Shown here: positions 1 to 11,275 of the stretch, piece after piece
Numbering within the stretch: the first letter of the stretch is position 1
Layout of the letters: every line of letters begins with the position of its first letter
Source: an uncultured virus (IMG/VR IMGVR_UViG_3300020048_000100)
Taxonomy: Duplodnaviria; Heunggongvirae; Uroviricota; Caudoviricetes
DNA: 20,000 nt
IMG/VR virus record: IMGVR_UViG_3300020048_000100
Strand: one strand, 5' to 3'
The notes under the pieces: generated by a model
What the model was told of the DNA's origin: nothing
What the model saw: only the letters and a program-made list of their open reading frames with translations
Database searches by the model: none
Made by a program: the position numbers and the translations under genes

Positions 1-94
1 AAAAAAATAGAGAAACAGAAGAAACTTCTTTACCAGACTATATTGGTCCAAGTATTGTTGTAATACTTGTTTGAATTTGAGTATTTATTATCAT
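1..94 (-). CDS. Hypothetical protein, N-terminal fragment (runs off the window start)
   Basis: ATG at 94 with GGGGG SD-like run at 106-110. Reads MIINTQIQTSITTILGPI*SGKEVSSVSLFF with one in-frame TAG. Confidence 0.6.
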
Positions 95-110
95 ATCAAA
101 AATTACCCCC

Positions 111-1310
111 TTAATTTTTTAATTCAATAAAATATGTCTATCCATCATATATAATTTTTAAAATATTTACAGCATTCTAAGATATATCAAAAGTATTTTC
201 TGTATTATTTAACCATTTTATATTACTATCTTTTAATGTTATAGTATAGTTACCAATATTATTTTGTATTAAAAACAAAGTCTATTCAAATCCATAATTT
301 ATATCAGGGCAAATAAAATATAAATCAAGATTTTCATTAATAATTAGTTTTTGTATATTACCATTAGCCCAATCTATAAAAACAGAACTCATATCCATTT
401 CATTTTCTACTACCTTATATCCAAATATATTTTCAACTTTTGATGGTGTATCTGTTTTCATAATTTTATTTGATTTTTTTTCATATGTTAAATCATGGTT
501 ATGAATTGGTGTTGATAATCTATTAACATAGAAATATAAAATATCAGATATATTTAAATATTGCAAATAGTCATAATCATTATTATAATAGTTACAGTTT
601 AGAGTTATATCATCAAAATTTATTGTTTCATTCTAATTTATCGTAATATTAGTTTCTTTTTTAATAATTCCAATCAATTCAAGCAAAGATAAATCTATAT
701 TTTCATCATCTGTAGATTGGATAATATTTAATATATTATTTATTTCTGATTCAATACTATTTTCTGACAATTCAATTTCATAAATTGAATATTCTTTATT
801 TCCAATATGTTTTAAAAAATATAAACTATTCTATGCTTTGTTTGTATAACTTGATGAAATTGTAAATATTAAATTTTCTATAACAGATTGTTTTGATAAA
901 AATCCAGTTATTCTGTATAAACTTGTTTCAACATCTTCTATTATTTCTACAAATTCACATGGCTAAGTAAATGTCTAATTATTATTATTTTTTGATAACA
1001 TAAAATAAGTTTCATTTCTTGATATATTATACAACTCTATAATATTTTCAAACATTGAAAACATTGGCAAATTAAGTTTATTCCAAGAAATGTTAATAAT
1101 ATAATACCCATTTTCTATTATATATGTAACCAAATCTGTTTTATATGGAGTTATTATTGAAAATTGCTAATTCTAAAAATATTTAATATTCGTAACAAAT
1201 TGTTTATGTTGTGATAAAATCTATAAATGAAACAAATCAGTAATACTTGAATTTAATAAACTTCTTGATAATTGACTTCCATTATTATATAGTTTAGGTA
1301 TTGAACTCAT
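111..1310 (-). CDS. Hypothetical protein (~399 aa), probably virion/baseplate-associated by context; TAG read through
   Basis: ATG at 1310 with GGGGTGG SD, open to TAA at 111-113 when TAG is sense. Contains track ORF 282..566 in frame. Starts immediately after the upstream gene's TGA (1312-1314). Confidence 0.75.
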
Positions 1311-1311
1311 T

Positions 1312-4300
1312 TCAAAATTCCACCCCAATCCAAGAAAAAAAACTTTCGTAGTTATACTAACTTAATGAATTTTTTTCTTTTAATACATCCCTGAGAAAAA
1401 TTGTATTATGCTATTGTGACTGGTATTGACTTTTCTAAAATACACTGCTCATTAAAACTAAATTTGAATAAATATTAGAACCATGCTCAATCAAATTACC
1501 TTCCAAATCTTTAATTTTTATATCATTATAATTCCTTAATTGTATTTTATCGCCACCAATATTAACAGAAATTATATTATCCTAATATACTTTCTATTCG
1601 TGAACATTTATAAATGCTATATTACATGATGTATTTGATATAAAATTCAATTTAATTTTTTCAATATCCAATAAATTAGTTATACTAAACAATTCAATAT
1701 AAATATTGTTTAATTCTCTATCCATCTTATAAATTAAATCATATTTACCTATAAAACTGGTTTCTAATATATATTCATATATTATAATATAATTTAATTC
1801 ACCAGCAGAATTAAATTTATGAAATAAATAAAATATTCTAATATTAGAATCTTTATTATATAAATTATATTTACTATATTTATCTATTAATCCACCATCA
1901 ATCAAAAATGAGTCTGAATTTAATGTATCTATATTATTTCTAAAATAATAATTATCTGAATTTCCATATATAAATGATTTTAAAGGATTAATAGTAATGT
2001 CATTTGTTGAAATATATTTACTTAGTTCTTCTAAATCATTATCAAACTACTTCTAATCAAATACATTATAATAAGGTGAATTGAAATAAATATTTGAAAT
2101 ATATCTACCATCAACATGCATTAACTAACTGTTATAATCATCTATATTATTAAATCTTTTTCTATTTAGATAAGGTTCTAATTTATAATTAGCAACTATG
2201 TGTTCTTGACTAATTTCAAATTGTGTAAATAAATTACAATTTATTCTATTGTATAATTCAGTTTTAATCAAATTATTTATATTTATGTTTTCAAAATGTG
2301 AAAATACAGTATCGATTTTATATAAATTAGTATCCTAAATATCTCTAAATATAACTTTTTTTCTATTGTCATCTAATAATTGTATGGATAAATTAAAACT
2401 ATCCTATACTTTTTGTATTTCCTAAGGATATATATATTTATCTAATTTCTAATAATATTCAAGCTACCATTCAGTTAAATAAAATTTATTTGGAGTATAT
2501 AACACCATAATCTGTTTCAAGTTCTATATTTTTAAAATTGGATTATATTTTGATTCAAGTAATACATTAAAATTATTTTTGCTTAATGCCTACATATCAA
2601 AGTTAAAAATTATAGGTATTAATTGATTTGTAACTTGTGGTAAAGATATGATAAAATTTTCATTATAATATGTATCTAAATATAAATGCAATATTTTTTG
2701 CAAATTTATAAATTTAAAAAGATTTCCTGTAGATTGCTCAATATCATATATTTCTAAATGTGTAACATCCTATAAATTTTCTTTTAGAGTTACTTTTAAA
2801 TGATAATCAATTTTATAATTTCTATATATACTATATTTATTAAATGTAGAAATAAGTTCATATTCCTAAAGTTGTATTTGCTTATATTTTGTAATAATTG
2901 TACACGCTTTAGATGAATATAGAATACTAATATTTTTTATTATATAATTTTTAGAAACAATATCAATGAATCTTAGATAATATATTTTATTTAATATATT
3001 GCATATATTTGGAAATTCTTTATTGAAAACTAAATTGAATATTGTAAAATTATTAAATGTTTTATTTTGAATCGTACACTATTTTTCCAATATATTTATG
3101 TTTTTATTTTTTATAGATTTAAAGCTAAAATTAAACTCCAATATTTTTCTATTTGCTAAAATAAAATTAATATTTATAAAATCAAAGTTATTTGTATTTC
3201 TAATATTTTTAAATTGTACAAAATATGTATTAGATTTATTTATAATTCCATAATATAATATATTAAATATATCAATTACTGTAATATTTTTAATAATTTT
3301 AGAACTAAAATTAAACTGTTTTTGTATATTTTTTATTAGTGTATAAGCAATACTACTTGATGCTGTTGATCCCTATGTTCCACCATTTATTTTAACTGTT
3401 CCGTTCCCTGTTTTGTTAAGGTTCAACTAATATGAAATTGGAGTAAATTGAGCAGTATAAGTTGTCTACTACTATGGCATATTAAAAGTATAAGTCTAAT
3501 TGCTTGATACTAATGTTCCACCATTGTACCAACCATTAAACAAATATCCAGAATTTGGTTCTGCATATATTGTAGTAGATGTTTCAACTTCAATCTAATA
3601 AGTTATTAAATAAGTGTACCAAGAATTATTATTTACTTTAACTCTTCCAGTATTTGGAATTCCAATACCAAGTGTTAAATCTCTTTTTTTTATAAATTTT
3701 GCAGTATATGTTATCTATGACTAAGGCATATTAAATGTATAAGCCTAATCGTTTGATACTAACGTTTCACCATCGTACCAACCAATAAAAACATTTAATA
3801 TACTAACAGGAGTTGGATTTGCTGTTATTGTAATTGAAGTATCAGAAACAAAACCACTGGATGCAGTCTAATCCTAAGTACCACCATTTATTTGAACTGT
3901 TCCAACTCCAGTACCAGCAGTATTTAAATTTAGTTGATATATTTGTGCTTCAATTCCAAATGAACTTTGTGAACCCTAAGATACATAGTTCCAAGTTAAC
4001 TAATCATTAACTAATTTTGGTATATAAGGTTCATAATATCCAGCAATACCCAACTGGTTAAAATTATTGTTTCCCCAAGCATATAACTAATTATTATTTT
4101 CTAATATTGCTAAAGTGTGATACCCATTTTCCCCAAATCCAACACTCACTTGTTTCCAAATACTATTACCTATTAAAGTTGGGGAAGTTTTATTAACTTT
4201 TGTTCCATCACCCAATTGACCAATACCGTTAAGTCCCCATGTATATAAATTTCCATTTATATCAAGTGCCTAACACATATACTTCTACATATTGCATGAT

Positions 4301-5022
4301 ATCTATTTCCAATCAGATGTTCCAATTTGTGTTGGAGTATATCTATTATTAGTATCGCCAAGACCTAAAACACCATATTCATTATATCCCCAAGAATATA
4401 ATTTATTATTACTTGCTATTCCAAAAGAAGCATAATACCCCTAAGAAATATATTTCCAAGTTGAAACTCCTATTTTTGTCTATATTGTTACTGAAGTGGA
4501 AGTTGATCCTATACCAGCTTGCCCATAACAATTATTACCCCACTAATACAAATAATCGTTTTCGTCTATAGCTAATACAGCACTATCAAACGCACATGAT
4601 ACAGTTTTCCAATTTGAAGAACCAATTTGAAATGGAGTATATGTTGAACCTATTGTTGGATGTGTATATATTATATAATTATTATACCCCCATGCAAATA
4701 ATTTATTATATTCATCTATAGCAATACAACTTGGATAATTATAAGCACTTACACACTATACAACTTGCTTCCAATTAGATGTTCCAATTTGTGTTGGAGT
4801 ATATCTATCAGTAGTATCTCCAAGACCTAAAACACCATATTCATTATATCCCCAAGAATATAATTTATTATTATTTTTTATTGCAAATCCAGAAAATATC
4901 TAAATATTTACCTATTTTATATCAGTAAGACCAGATGCTGTTGGAATAGTTACAGTCTATGTATTTCCATTGCCCAACTACCCATATAAATTTCTACCCC
5001 AAGAATAAAGATTATTCTACAT
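1312..5022 (-). CDS. Large virion protein (~1236 aa): N-terminal RCC1-repeat beta-propeller, InlB B-repeat-like modules, long unassigned C-terminal region
   Basis: ATG at 5022 (GGAGGG SD) with no TAA/TGA in frame until TGA at 1312. RCC1 repeats such as LYSWGYNEYGVLGLGDTTDRYTPTQIG and GQLGDGT at ~4000-5020. Modules such as FIGWYDGETLVSND*AYTFNMP*S*ITYTAKF at ~3350-3950. Contains track ORF 1594..1905 in frame. Confidence 0.85.
4307..4872. repeat. Intragenic direct repeat, ~104 bp x2 (4307-4410 and 4769-4872), duplicated RCC1 blade
   Basis: The two copies are 462 bp apart, in frame, and differ at about 4 positions by manual alignment. Confidence 0.85.
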
Positions 5023-5041
5023 AAACCCTCCGTAACTCTTT

Positions 5042-7444
5042 TTAGCAACTCAGAGAATTATATATTTCAAAACTTGCAAATGTTTCTGATATAATATCTT
5101 CATCAAACTAAGATTCCTACTATTGATTATATTTCTATTTATAATTTAATAATATACACTGTGTATTATTAGACTAATTAAAAGTCTTTACAATTTTTAT
5201 TCTGGAATATGTTGTATCAATTATTTGTGGAACTGGAAGAACTGTATCTTTAACTGTATATAATGGTAATATAGTATAATCATACTATATAATTTCTTCT
5301 TGTAATTTTATATTTATTGGATTCTACATTATAAAATTTTCAAACTCTAATGTTTCATTAAATATTTCATTAGTGCCACTTTTAATTATTTCCCCAATCT
5401 GATTTTCAAATAAGAATAGATTTAAAGAATTTGATATAAAATATTCTTCGTTTGAATTTGTAGATATTGGTAGTAAATACTATGTCTTTATTTTTTTTGG
5501 CTTATTCTAAATAATTTGAAATTGCAATGGTAATATATCATTAGATTCCAAAGTATTTTCTATAATAACATCAAAAGATTCTAAAAACTTTTCCATATTA
5601 ACATTTATAATGCCATTTACTTCTGATATTGCAGTTAATATATCTATTAAATTTATATTTTCATAAATATTAAATCTATTATTTTCTATTTTAGAATACT
5701 GATCTAACTTATCTTTTAGATTATAAAATATTGAATTTATAGATATTTTAGAATCCTAAAATATTTCTATTGGATTTTTACTATATATATAATAAATTTT
5801 ATTACTCTAAAACTAAACATCCATTGTCTATATTATATTGTTTTTTAATTCTTGCTGAATATTATATTTTTCTTTTGTATAATTAAATTTAGATAATATT
5901 ATTGGGTCTTTGATTAACTCAGAAGATAATATTTTACTTCCTTTTGGCAAATAGAAATTTCTTAGATTATCATCTTTAAATAACTAAGGGCAAATATATA
6001 ATCTATTTTCTAACCCATTAACATATGATTTATTTTGTATGTATTTATAAGTTGAAGTCTAATTAAGAGAATCAGAAAATCCTCTGAGGAAATATTTTAA
6101 ATAATTATTTATGTCATTTATTGTTACTATTTTATTTTTCTATTTAATATATGAATTAAAATTATGTTTTATAGACTCTATTTTTTCCTAATTTCTCCCA
6201 ACAACTACATTTTCTTCTTGCTTAACTATAATACTTAATGGGCTATAGCCATAATACTGCATAGATTCATTTGTATTTTGTATATTTAATAAATCAAATA
6301 AATATATTTCTGTTTTTTGATTTTGTAATTCTTCCTATGTTAAATAGCTCTTTGTATTGAAATTGTATTTTATTTTTATTTTTTGAGGGATAAACAATCC
6401 TTTTATATTGTAATCAGTATAATTATTAAAATCAACATAATTCAAATATATTTTATCATTTATTAAAATTTGAGATTCAAGACCAACATATCTGTTTACT
6501 TGCCCTAATATCTAATTCTAATTTTCACCTTTTGTTTGATAATACTATAAAAATAATGGTAAATCATTCTACTTTATTTTATAACCATTATTAATATCAT
6601 CACCATTTATTAACTCAAAAATATTTGTTATTTCATTATAACTAAGAGTTATATATTTATTTTTAATATAAGAATCATAATCTGATACATGATACTTACT
6701 ATTCTAAATAGTTTCTACATTCTTAAATGTATCATATAAATACTCAGTAATATTTCTATTGTTAAACATATATTCAATTTTTGTTTTTGACATTATTTTT
6801 AGATCTAAATAAAGTCTTTTGAAATCATCTATATAATGATCTTTGATTATATAACCTTCTGTTTCTGATAATATATTATTCCTTGATAGTTCTTCCAAAT
6901 TTGGATTAAATGGTTTAATAACCAAATGCATTTGTATAAACTAAAATATATTACTTCCATTTGTGGATGCCATTCTGTATGAATAATATTCATTATTTTT
7001 TCCAAATTTATCCATTGTTCTTGTAACAAGAATTGAATTTTTATTTAGCCAAATATTGTTATTCTAATCAATGACTCGTAATATCAGAGGTGGAATTATA
7101 AAATTTTCTATTTCCAGCATATTTAATTGTATCATTGATTTTGAATCAAATTTTAAATTTAAATTAACTTGCGAAGGTATACCAAAATTCTTTTTATATC
7201 CATATTGACTTAATAATAATTCTATTTTATCATTATTCTATGTTGCAATATAAAAATCTGAAACCTATTGCTCAAATTGATTTGATATTAATACAGTTAT
7301 ATAACTCTATATATCTGTTATTAAAGACTATGAATCCTATTGATTAAAATCAATATATTTATATTTATCATAATTAGATTTTAAATATTCAATAATCTAT
7401 TCTTTAAGAAAATATGGATTTACTAACTCATTAGGCTATGGCAT
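5042..7444 (-). CDS. gp6: Baseplate wedge subunit, T4 gp6-like (~800 aa); TAG read through
   Basis: ATG at 7444 (GGGGG SD), open to TAA at 5042. N-terminus IIEYLKSNY...IDFN...LITDI*SYI...EQ*VSDFYIAT*...QYGY and central YYQTKGEN*N...GRN*EKIESIK...K*KNKIVTIND match gp6/baseplate-J-like motifs. Confidence 0.75.
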
Positions 7445-7481
7445 ATTTTAACCCCCAAAAATACTGCAATTTATTTTTTAC

Positions 7482-7496
7482 AAATAACTTAATCAA
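7482..7496 (-). promoter_or_regulatory. Candidate phage late-promoter motif TTGATTAAGTTATTT upstream of the baseplate gene
   Basis: Identical 15-mer at 9307-9321 and a one-mismatch 12-mer core at 11166-11177, each just upstream of a minus-strand transcription unit start. Confidence 0.45.
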
Positions 7497-7523
7497 TTTT
7501 AATCTATTTTTTCCATTTAGGTC

Positions 7524-7552
7524 TTGACAAATTGATTTTTTTATGGTATAAT
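7524..7552 (+). promoter_or_regulatory. Consensus sigma70/sigmaA promoter with extended -10
   Basis: TTGACA (7524-7529), 17-nt spacer, TG-n-TATAAT (-10 at 7547-7552), upstream of an AGGAG SD and ATG 7595. Confidence 0.9.
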
Positions 7553-7594
7553 TTAAAACTTGAAAAAAGGAACATAAAAAAGGAGATATCAAAA

Positions 7595-7816
7595 ATGATT
7601 AAAAACTTTAAATTTAGAAATACAAGAATGTATACATTTTTCTTATGTCTTAAATTCAATATAAGAATGAAAATTGGTGAATGTTTATAGATAATTAAGA
7701 AAACTGGTAATTATAAATATGATTTTGATAAAAATGAATGGATAAAAATTAAAAATAATGAAAATTATAATTTTAATGATTCTAAAAATAAAAATCTTTT
7801 AATTAGAAAAAAATAA
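7595..7816 (+). CDS. Small hypothetical protein (73 aa, one TAG), paralog of the next gene
   Basis: AAGGAG SD and ATG 7595; TAG at 7688-7690; TAA at 7814-7816. The GNYKYDFDKNEWIK motif lies after the TAG and is shared with 7833..8117. Confidence 0.75.
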
Positions 7817-7832
7817 AAAGAGGTGCATTAAC

Positions 7833-8117
7833 ATGTTTAAAAATGAAACAATCGCTAAAACATATTTGTATCTACATAATAGATATGGTGATACTAAATT
7901 ATATCAATTTTTTATTGGTATATATTTTAAGATAATACATAAAATAGCATTTATTAAATCTCTTAATAAAAAAAGAGGTAATTATAAATATGATTTTGAT
8001 AAAAAAGAATGGATTAAAAAAGAAATTTTTTTTAATTTAAATGATTTCAAAAATACAAATAATACAGATTTTGATGAAAAAGTAAATAAAACAAAACGTT
8101 GTTTACCAATCAAATAA
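7833..8117 (+). CDS. Small hypothetical protein (94 aa)
   Basis: GAGGTG SD; ORF in track; GNYKYDFDKKEWIK motif; no TAG; ends in TAA. Confidence 0.8.
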   Translation: MFKNETIAKTYLYLHNRYGDTKLYQFFIGIYFKIIHKIAFIKSLNKKRGNYKYDFDKKEWIKKEIFFNLNDFKNTNNTDFDEKVNKTKRCLPIK

Positions 8118-8184
8118 TTTGAATTAATTTGATTAAATTAAATATAAATTTTACATTTAAAAACTAAAATGGGGGGAACTAATT

Positions 8185-8637
8185 ATGGAATCTACTTTTA
8201 ATTCAAAAGATGTATTTATTAATAAACTGTTTAATTTTCTTAAAAATAGTACATTTATAAATGATTTTAATTTTGAGAATGATGAAATAAACACTATTGA
8301 TCAATTTGAAAATAGATTTGGGCATAATGTAAATGAAGATGCAAAATTTACTACAATGACAATAACATTAGATACTGGTATTAATTTTGTATTTTATAAT
8401 ACACCAGAAACAGATAAATTTAAAGTTGGTGTTTATAGTTATGATTTTCTTTCTAAAAGAAGATATAAACTATTTTATTCTGATACACCAATTACAAGTG
8501 AAGAGTTTAATAAAATACTTATTTTGCTAAAAGATAGGCATTTCAGTGTTGACAATCCAATTAAATCATTGGAAGATTAGTTGTATTTAACATCAGATGA
8601 TGAAACTCCATTGAATGAAATTGAAGAAATAATTTAA
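8185..8637 (+). CDS. Hypothetical protein (150 aa with TAG read through)
   Basis: GGGGGA SD. The track ORF stops at TAG 8578-8580; readthrough adds *LYLTSDDETPLNEIEEII to TAA 8635-8637, which closes the gap to the next gene. Confidence 0.75.
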
Positions 8638-8660
8638 TTAAATAGAAAGAAGGTTAATTT

Positions 8661-8807
8661 GTGCAAGTAATAGGTGCATTTGTATCTATTTTATTTATCT
8701 GGTTATTTTTTAATTTTTTAATTTATAAGATTAAAGAGTTGAAGCAACTAAAAGAGGAAAAAGAAAAAATAATTATCCAAAATTTTGTTAACAAATATAA
8801 AAAATAA
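8661..8807 (+). CDS. Small membrane protein (48 aa, N-terminal hydrophobic helix, basic tail)
   Basis: GTG start after GAAGG; MQVIGAFVSILFIWLFFNFLIYKIKELKQLKEEKEK...; TAA abuts the terminator hairpin. Confidence 0.6.
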   Translation: MQVIGAFVSILFIWLFFNFLIYKIKELKQLKEEKEKIIIQNFVNKYKK

Positions 8808-8829
8808 ACCCCCAATAACTGGGGGTTTA
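8805..8829. terminator. Intrinsic terminator between convergent genes, probably bidirectional
   Basis: TAAACCCCCA-ATAAC-TGGGGGTTTA perfect hairpin with A/T-rich flanks. Confidence 0.85.
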
Positions 8830-8836
8830 AATTTAA

Positions 8837-9274
8837 TTATTTATAATCATCTGTAAACATTGTATCTCCATCGGGAAACAGTTTACACTACCAAGTAATC
8901 TTCTTACCATTTTCATCTATTTTTTCATATCCCTAAATAGGATATCTGATATTCATATTACCCTATTGACCAGAAACAGAATCAAAATTTTTAATATTTC
9001 TATAAAAATATACAATTTCATTTACATTTGCAAATTTAGTATCAAATGAAACAACTTTTCCTGAGTTATGAACTACCTAAAATCCAATTAGTTTTTTAAT
9101 TTCTATATTTTTTATAGTTCTTTTAGTTATATTTCCATTTTGTGAATAAAATTGTGGAATAATTTCATAATCTGTATCATTGTTTTTACTATAAACCTCA
9201 AGCCAACACCATTCGGTATCCAAAAATTTTGGCTATCCAATATAGTTTTCTTGATTAGAATAATCAATATTCAT
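8837..9274 (-). CDS. Hypothetical protein (145 aa); TAG read through
   Basis: ATG 9274 with GAGAGGA SD; MNIDYSNQENYIG*PKFLDTEWCWLEVY...; open to TAA 8837. Confidence 0.75.
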
Positions 9275-9306
9275 TTTGAATCATCCTCTCTTTTTTTGAA
9301 ATTTAT

Positions 9307-9321
9307 AAATAACTTAATCAA
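9307..9321 (-). promoter_or_regulatory. Candidate late-promoter motif, second copy
   Basis: Identical to 7482-7496; lies between the terminator at 9347-9369 and ATG 9274. Confidence 0.45.
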
Positions 9322-9346
9322 AAAAATCTTAAAAAAATAAAAAAAA

Positions 9347-9369
9347 AGACTCCTATTTTTTAGGAGTCT
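9347..9369 (-). terminator. Rho-independent terminator
   Basis: AGACTCCTA/TAGGAGTCT stem followed on the minus strand by a long U tract, downstream of stop 9397. Confidence 0.9.
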
Positions 9370-9396
9370 AAATCGTCTAATTGCAATAATATAATA

Positions 9397-9954
9397 TCAA
9401 ACAGTTTCATCATAAGAAACTGAAATTGTTGTTGTTCCCCCTGCTGTCTAAGATGCCTATACATGCAAAGTCAAATAAACAAAATCAGTATAACTATCTT
9501 CTACTGTAATACTATTAGTTGTACTTCCACCAATAGTTATATTAGGATTTTCTGGTGAAGAAGTTGGAATTGTTGTATAACTTACTAAATCACCCTAACC
9601 AATTTCTGACGTAGAACCACCAACTGGCTAAGTGTATGTTTGCACAGTTTTATACAATAATGTACAATTTGCAGATGGGTTAGCATTAGTAGCCCAAATT
9701 CTAAAATTTGAAATAGAAGCACTTGCTGGTGTTCCCATATCAGAAACTAAAAGTCTTAAAACTCTTTCGTAAGAAGTATTAGGTGAAGATGGCAAAACTC
9801 TAATTGGATATGTCTATGGTGACTATAATGGGCTAACATCCTACCCCATCAATGGTAAACTTGTTAAATCCTATCCTTCATTATCTTCAACAATTGTTCC
9901 ATCTCCTGCCCCAACAGCCCCATAACTAACAGATAATTTAACAACAGCCTACAT
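9397..9954 (-). CDS. Putative virion structural protein (185 aa, Ser/Thr/Gly-rich, beta-strand pattern)
   Basis: AAGGGGG SD; M*AVVKLSVSYGAVGAG...TYPI...SYERVLRL...ISNFRIW...TDFVYLTLHV*AS*TAGGTTTISVSYDETV; ends in TGA; follows the neck gene. Confidence 0.75.
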
Positions 9955-9978
9955 ATAAATCCCCCTTTAATATTAGTA

Positions 9979-10704
9979 TTAAAAAATTGAAATAGGTTCT
10001 ATAAAATGCGAATGACGGTTCTTCATTTCATCTTCAAGTTCTTTCTTCTATGTCTACTACTCCTAAAGAAGTGTAGAACCATCCAGTTGTATTTGACCTA
10101 CAGTTGTCTGTAAACTTGATATTTTACTACGTATTCGACCCAAAACCTCTTTCGCTTCCTATATAGAGTAATTTAATATCCACATTATATCTGATTCTGC
10201 TATATCAATTAACAATGGGAAATAAAAATAAAATACCAATACTTTAGATTTATTATCAAATTTTTTATAAAATTTTAAAGTATAGGTTCTTTCATCCCAA
10301 GTCCATTCAGGATCAATTCGTAATACTTTTTTAACCATATCATAATAGGAAAAGGTTTCAACCATAGATTGTATATTACCAATAAGAAAATATGGTTTAT
10401 ACATTGAATTAAATAAATGAAAATTATCATCTTCTCTATAAACTTCTTTAACACCAGTAATATTTCTACCCAATGAATCTTGAACTCTAATAGAATACAC
10501 ATCAAGAAGAGGATCGAATGATTCAGATATATAAACACCCATATATGGGTTTTCCTTAGCATAAAACAATCTCTATTTGTTTATCTACATGTCTATTTGT
10601 TCAGATGTTAGTTCTACATTTATTACTGGAAATCCAAGAGAGTTTAGCAAATTATCTTTTATATATTGAAATCTCTATACCTCTTCATGTGGTATAATAC
10701 TCAT
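9979..10704 (-). CDS. gp13: Neck (head-tail adaptor) protein, T4 gp13-like (241 aa)
   Basis: LGFPVINVELTSEQIDM*INK*RLFY and WILNYSI*EAKEVLGRIRSK...IQLDGSTLL*E match the N- and C-terminal gp13 motifs. Contains track ORF 10159..10569. Confidence 0.85.
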
Positions 10705-10709
10705 TTAAT

Positions 10710-11147
10710 TCAATTGGCTCCTTCAAACTGTTTCAGAATATTTGCTTTACTCATTTTTTGATATTTTGCTGTATCTTCATCTTGAATTTTACCAGAATCA
10801 ACATAATGCTTAATTAATTCTTGTTTAGTCATGTTTTCAATTTCAATAATATCTTCATTTTTTTTATCTACATCTACATATGAAGATGTTTCTAATTTTG
10901 GTTCTTCAATTTGAACTTTTTTAATATCTTCTATTTCTTTAATTGTTGTTTTAACAATAGATTCTTTTTCTTTTACCTCATAAAATACATTTGGATTTTT
11001 AGTGATATAATATAACAACTAATCTTTATATTTCTAATTAAAATTCTATGTATCATATTTTTCATTTTGCTTAAAATAAAATACATCAGAATTGATCATG
11101 AAATTTACATCTTTATATACCCCAAACTTTATATCTTGCATATCCAT
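10710..11147 (-). CDS. Hypothetical protein (145 aa) downstream of the capsid gene
   Basis: Track ORF 10710..11018 extends through 3 TAGs to ATG 11147 with a GGTGA SD. Confidence 0.7.
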
Positions 11148-11221
11148 TAATCATCACCGTCCTGTTAAGTTAATCAAAAATTCTTGTGAAAGTTGTTTTT
11201 CTGTGTAATTCAGAATTAAAA

Positions 11222-11257
11222 ATAAAGACCATCTAAGATGGTTAAGATGGTCTTTAT
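11222..11257 (-). terminator. Terminator after the major capsid gene
   Basis: ATAAAGACCATCT...AGATGGTCTTTAT 13-bp inverted repeat with U-rich tail on the minus strand. Confidence 0.8.
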
Positions 11258-11275
11258 CTTATTTATATCTTATTC

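Noticed and set aside
4307..4872. DGR template/variable repeat pair
   Set aside because: Both copies are in-frame blades of one gene, mismatches are few and not confined to adenines of one copy, and no reverse transcriptase is in the window.
7445..7594. tRNA or structured ncRNA in intergenic gaps (also 9275-9396, 11148-11275, 15620-15706)
   Set aside because: The gaps are short, very AT-rich and accounted for by promoters, SD sites and terminators; no cloverleaf or T-loop motif seen.
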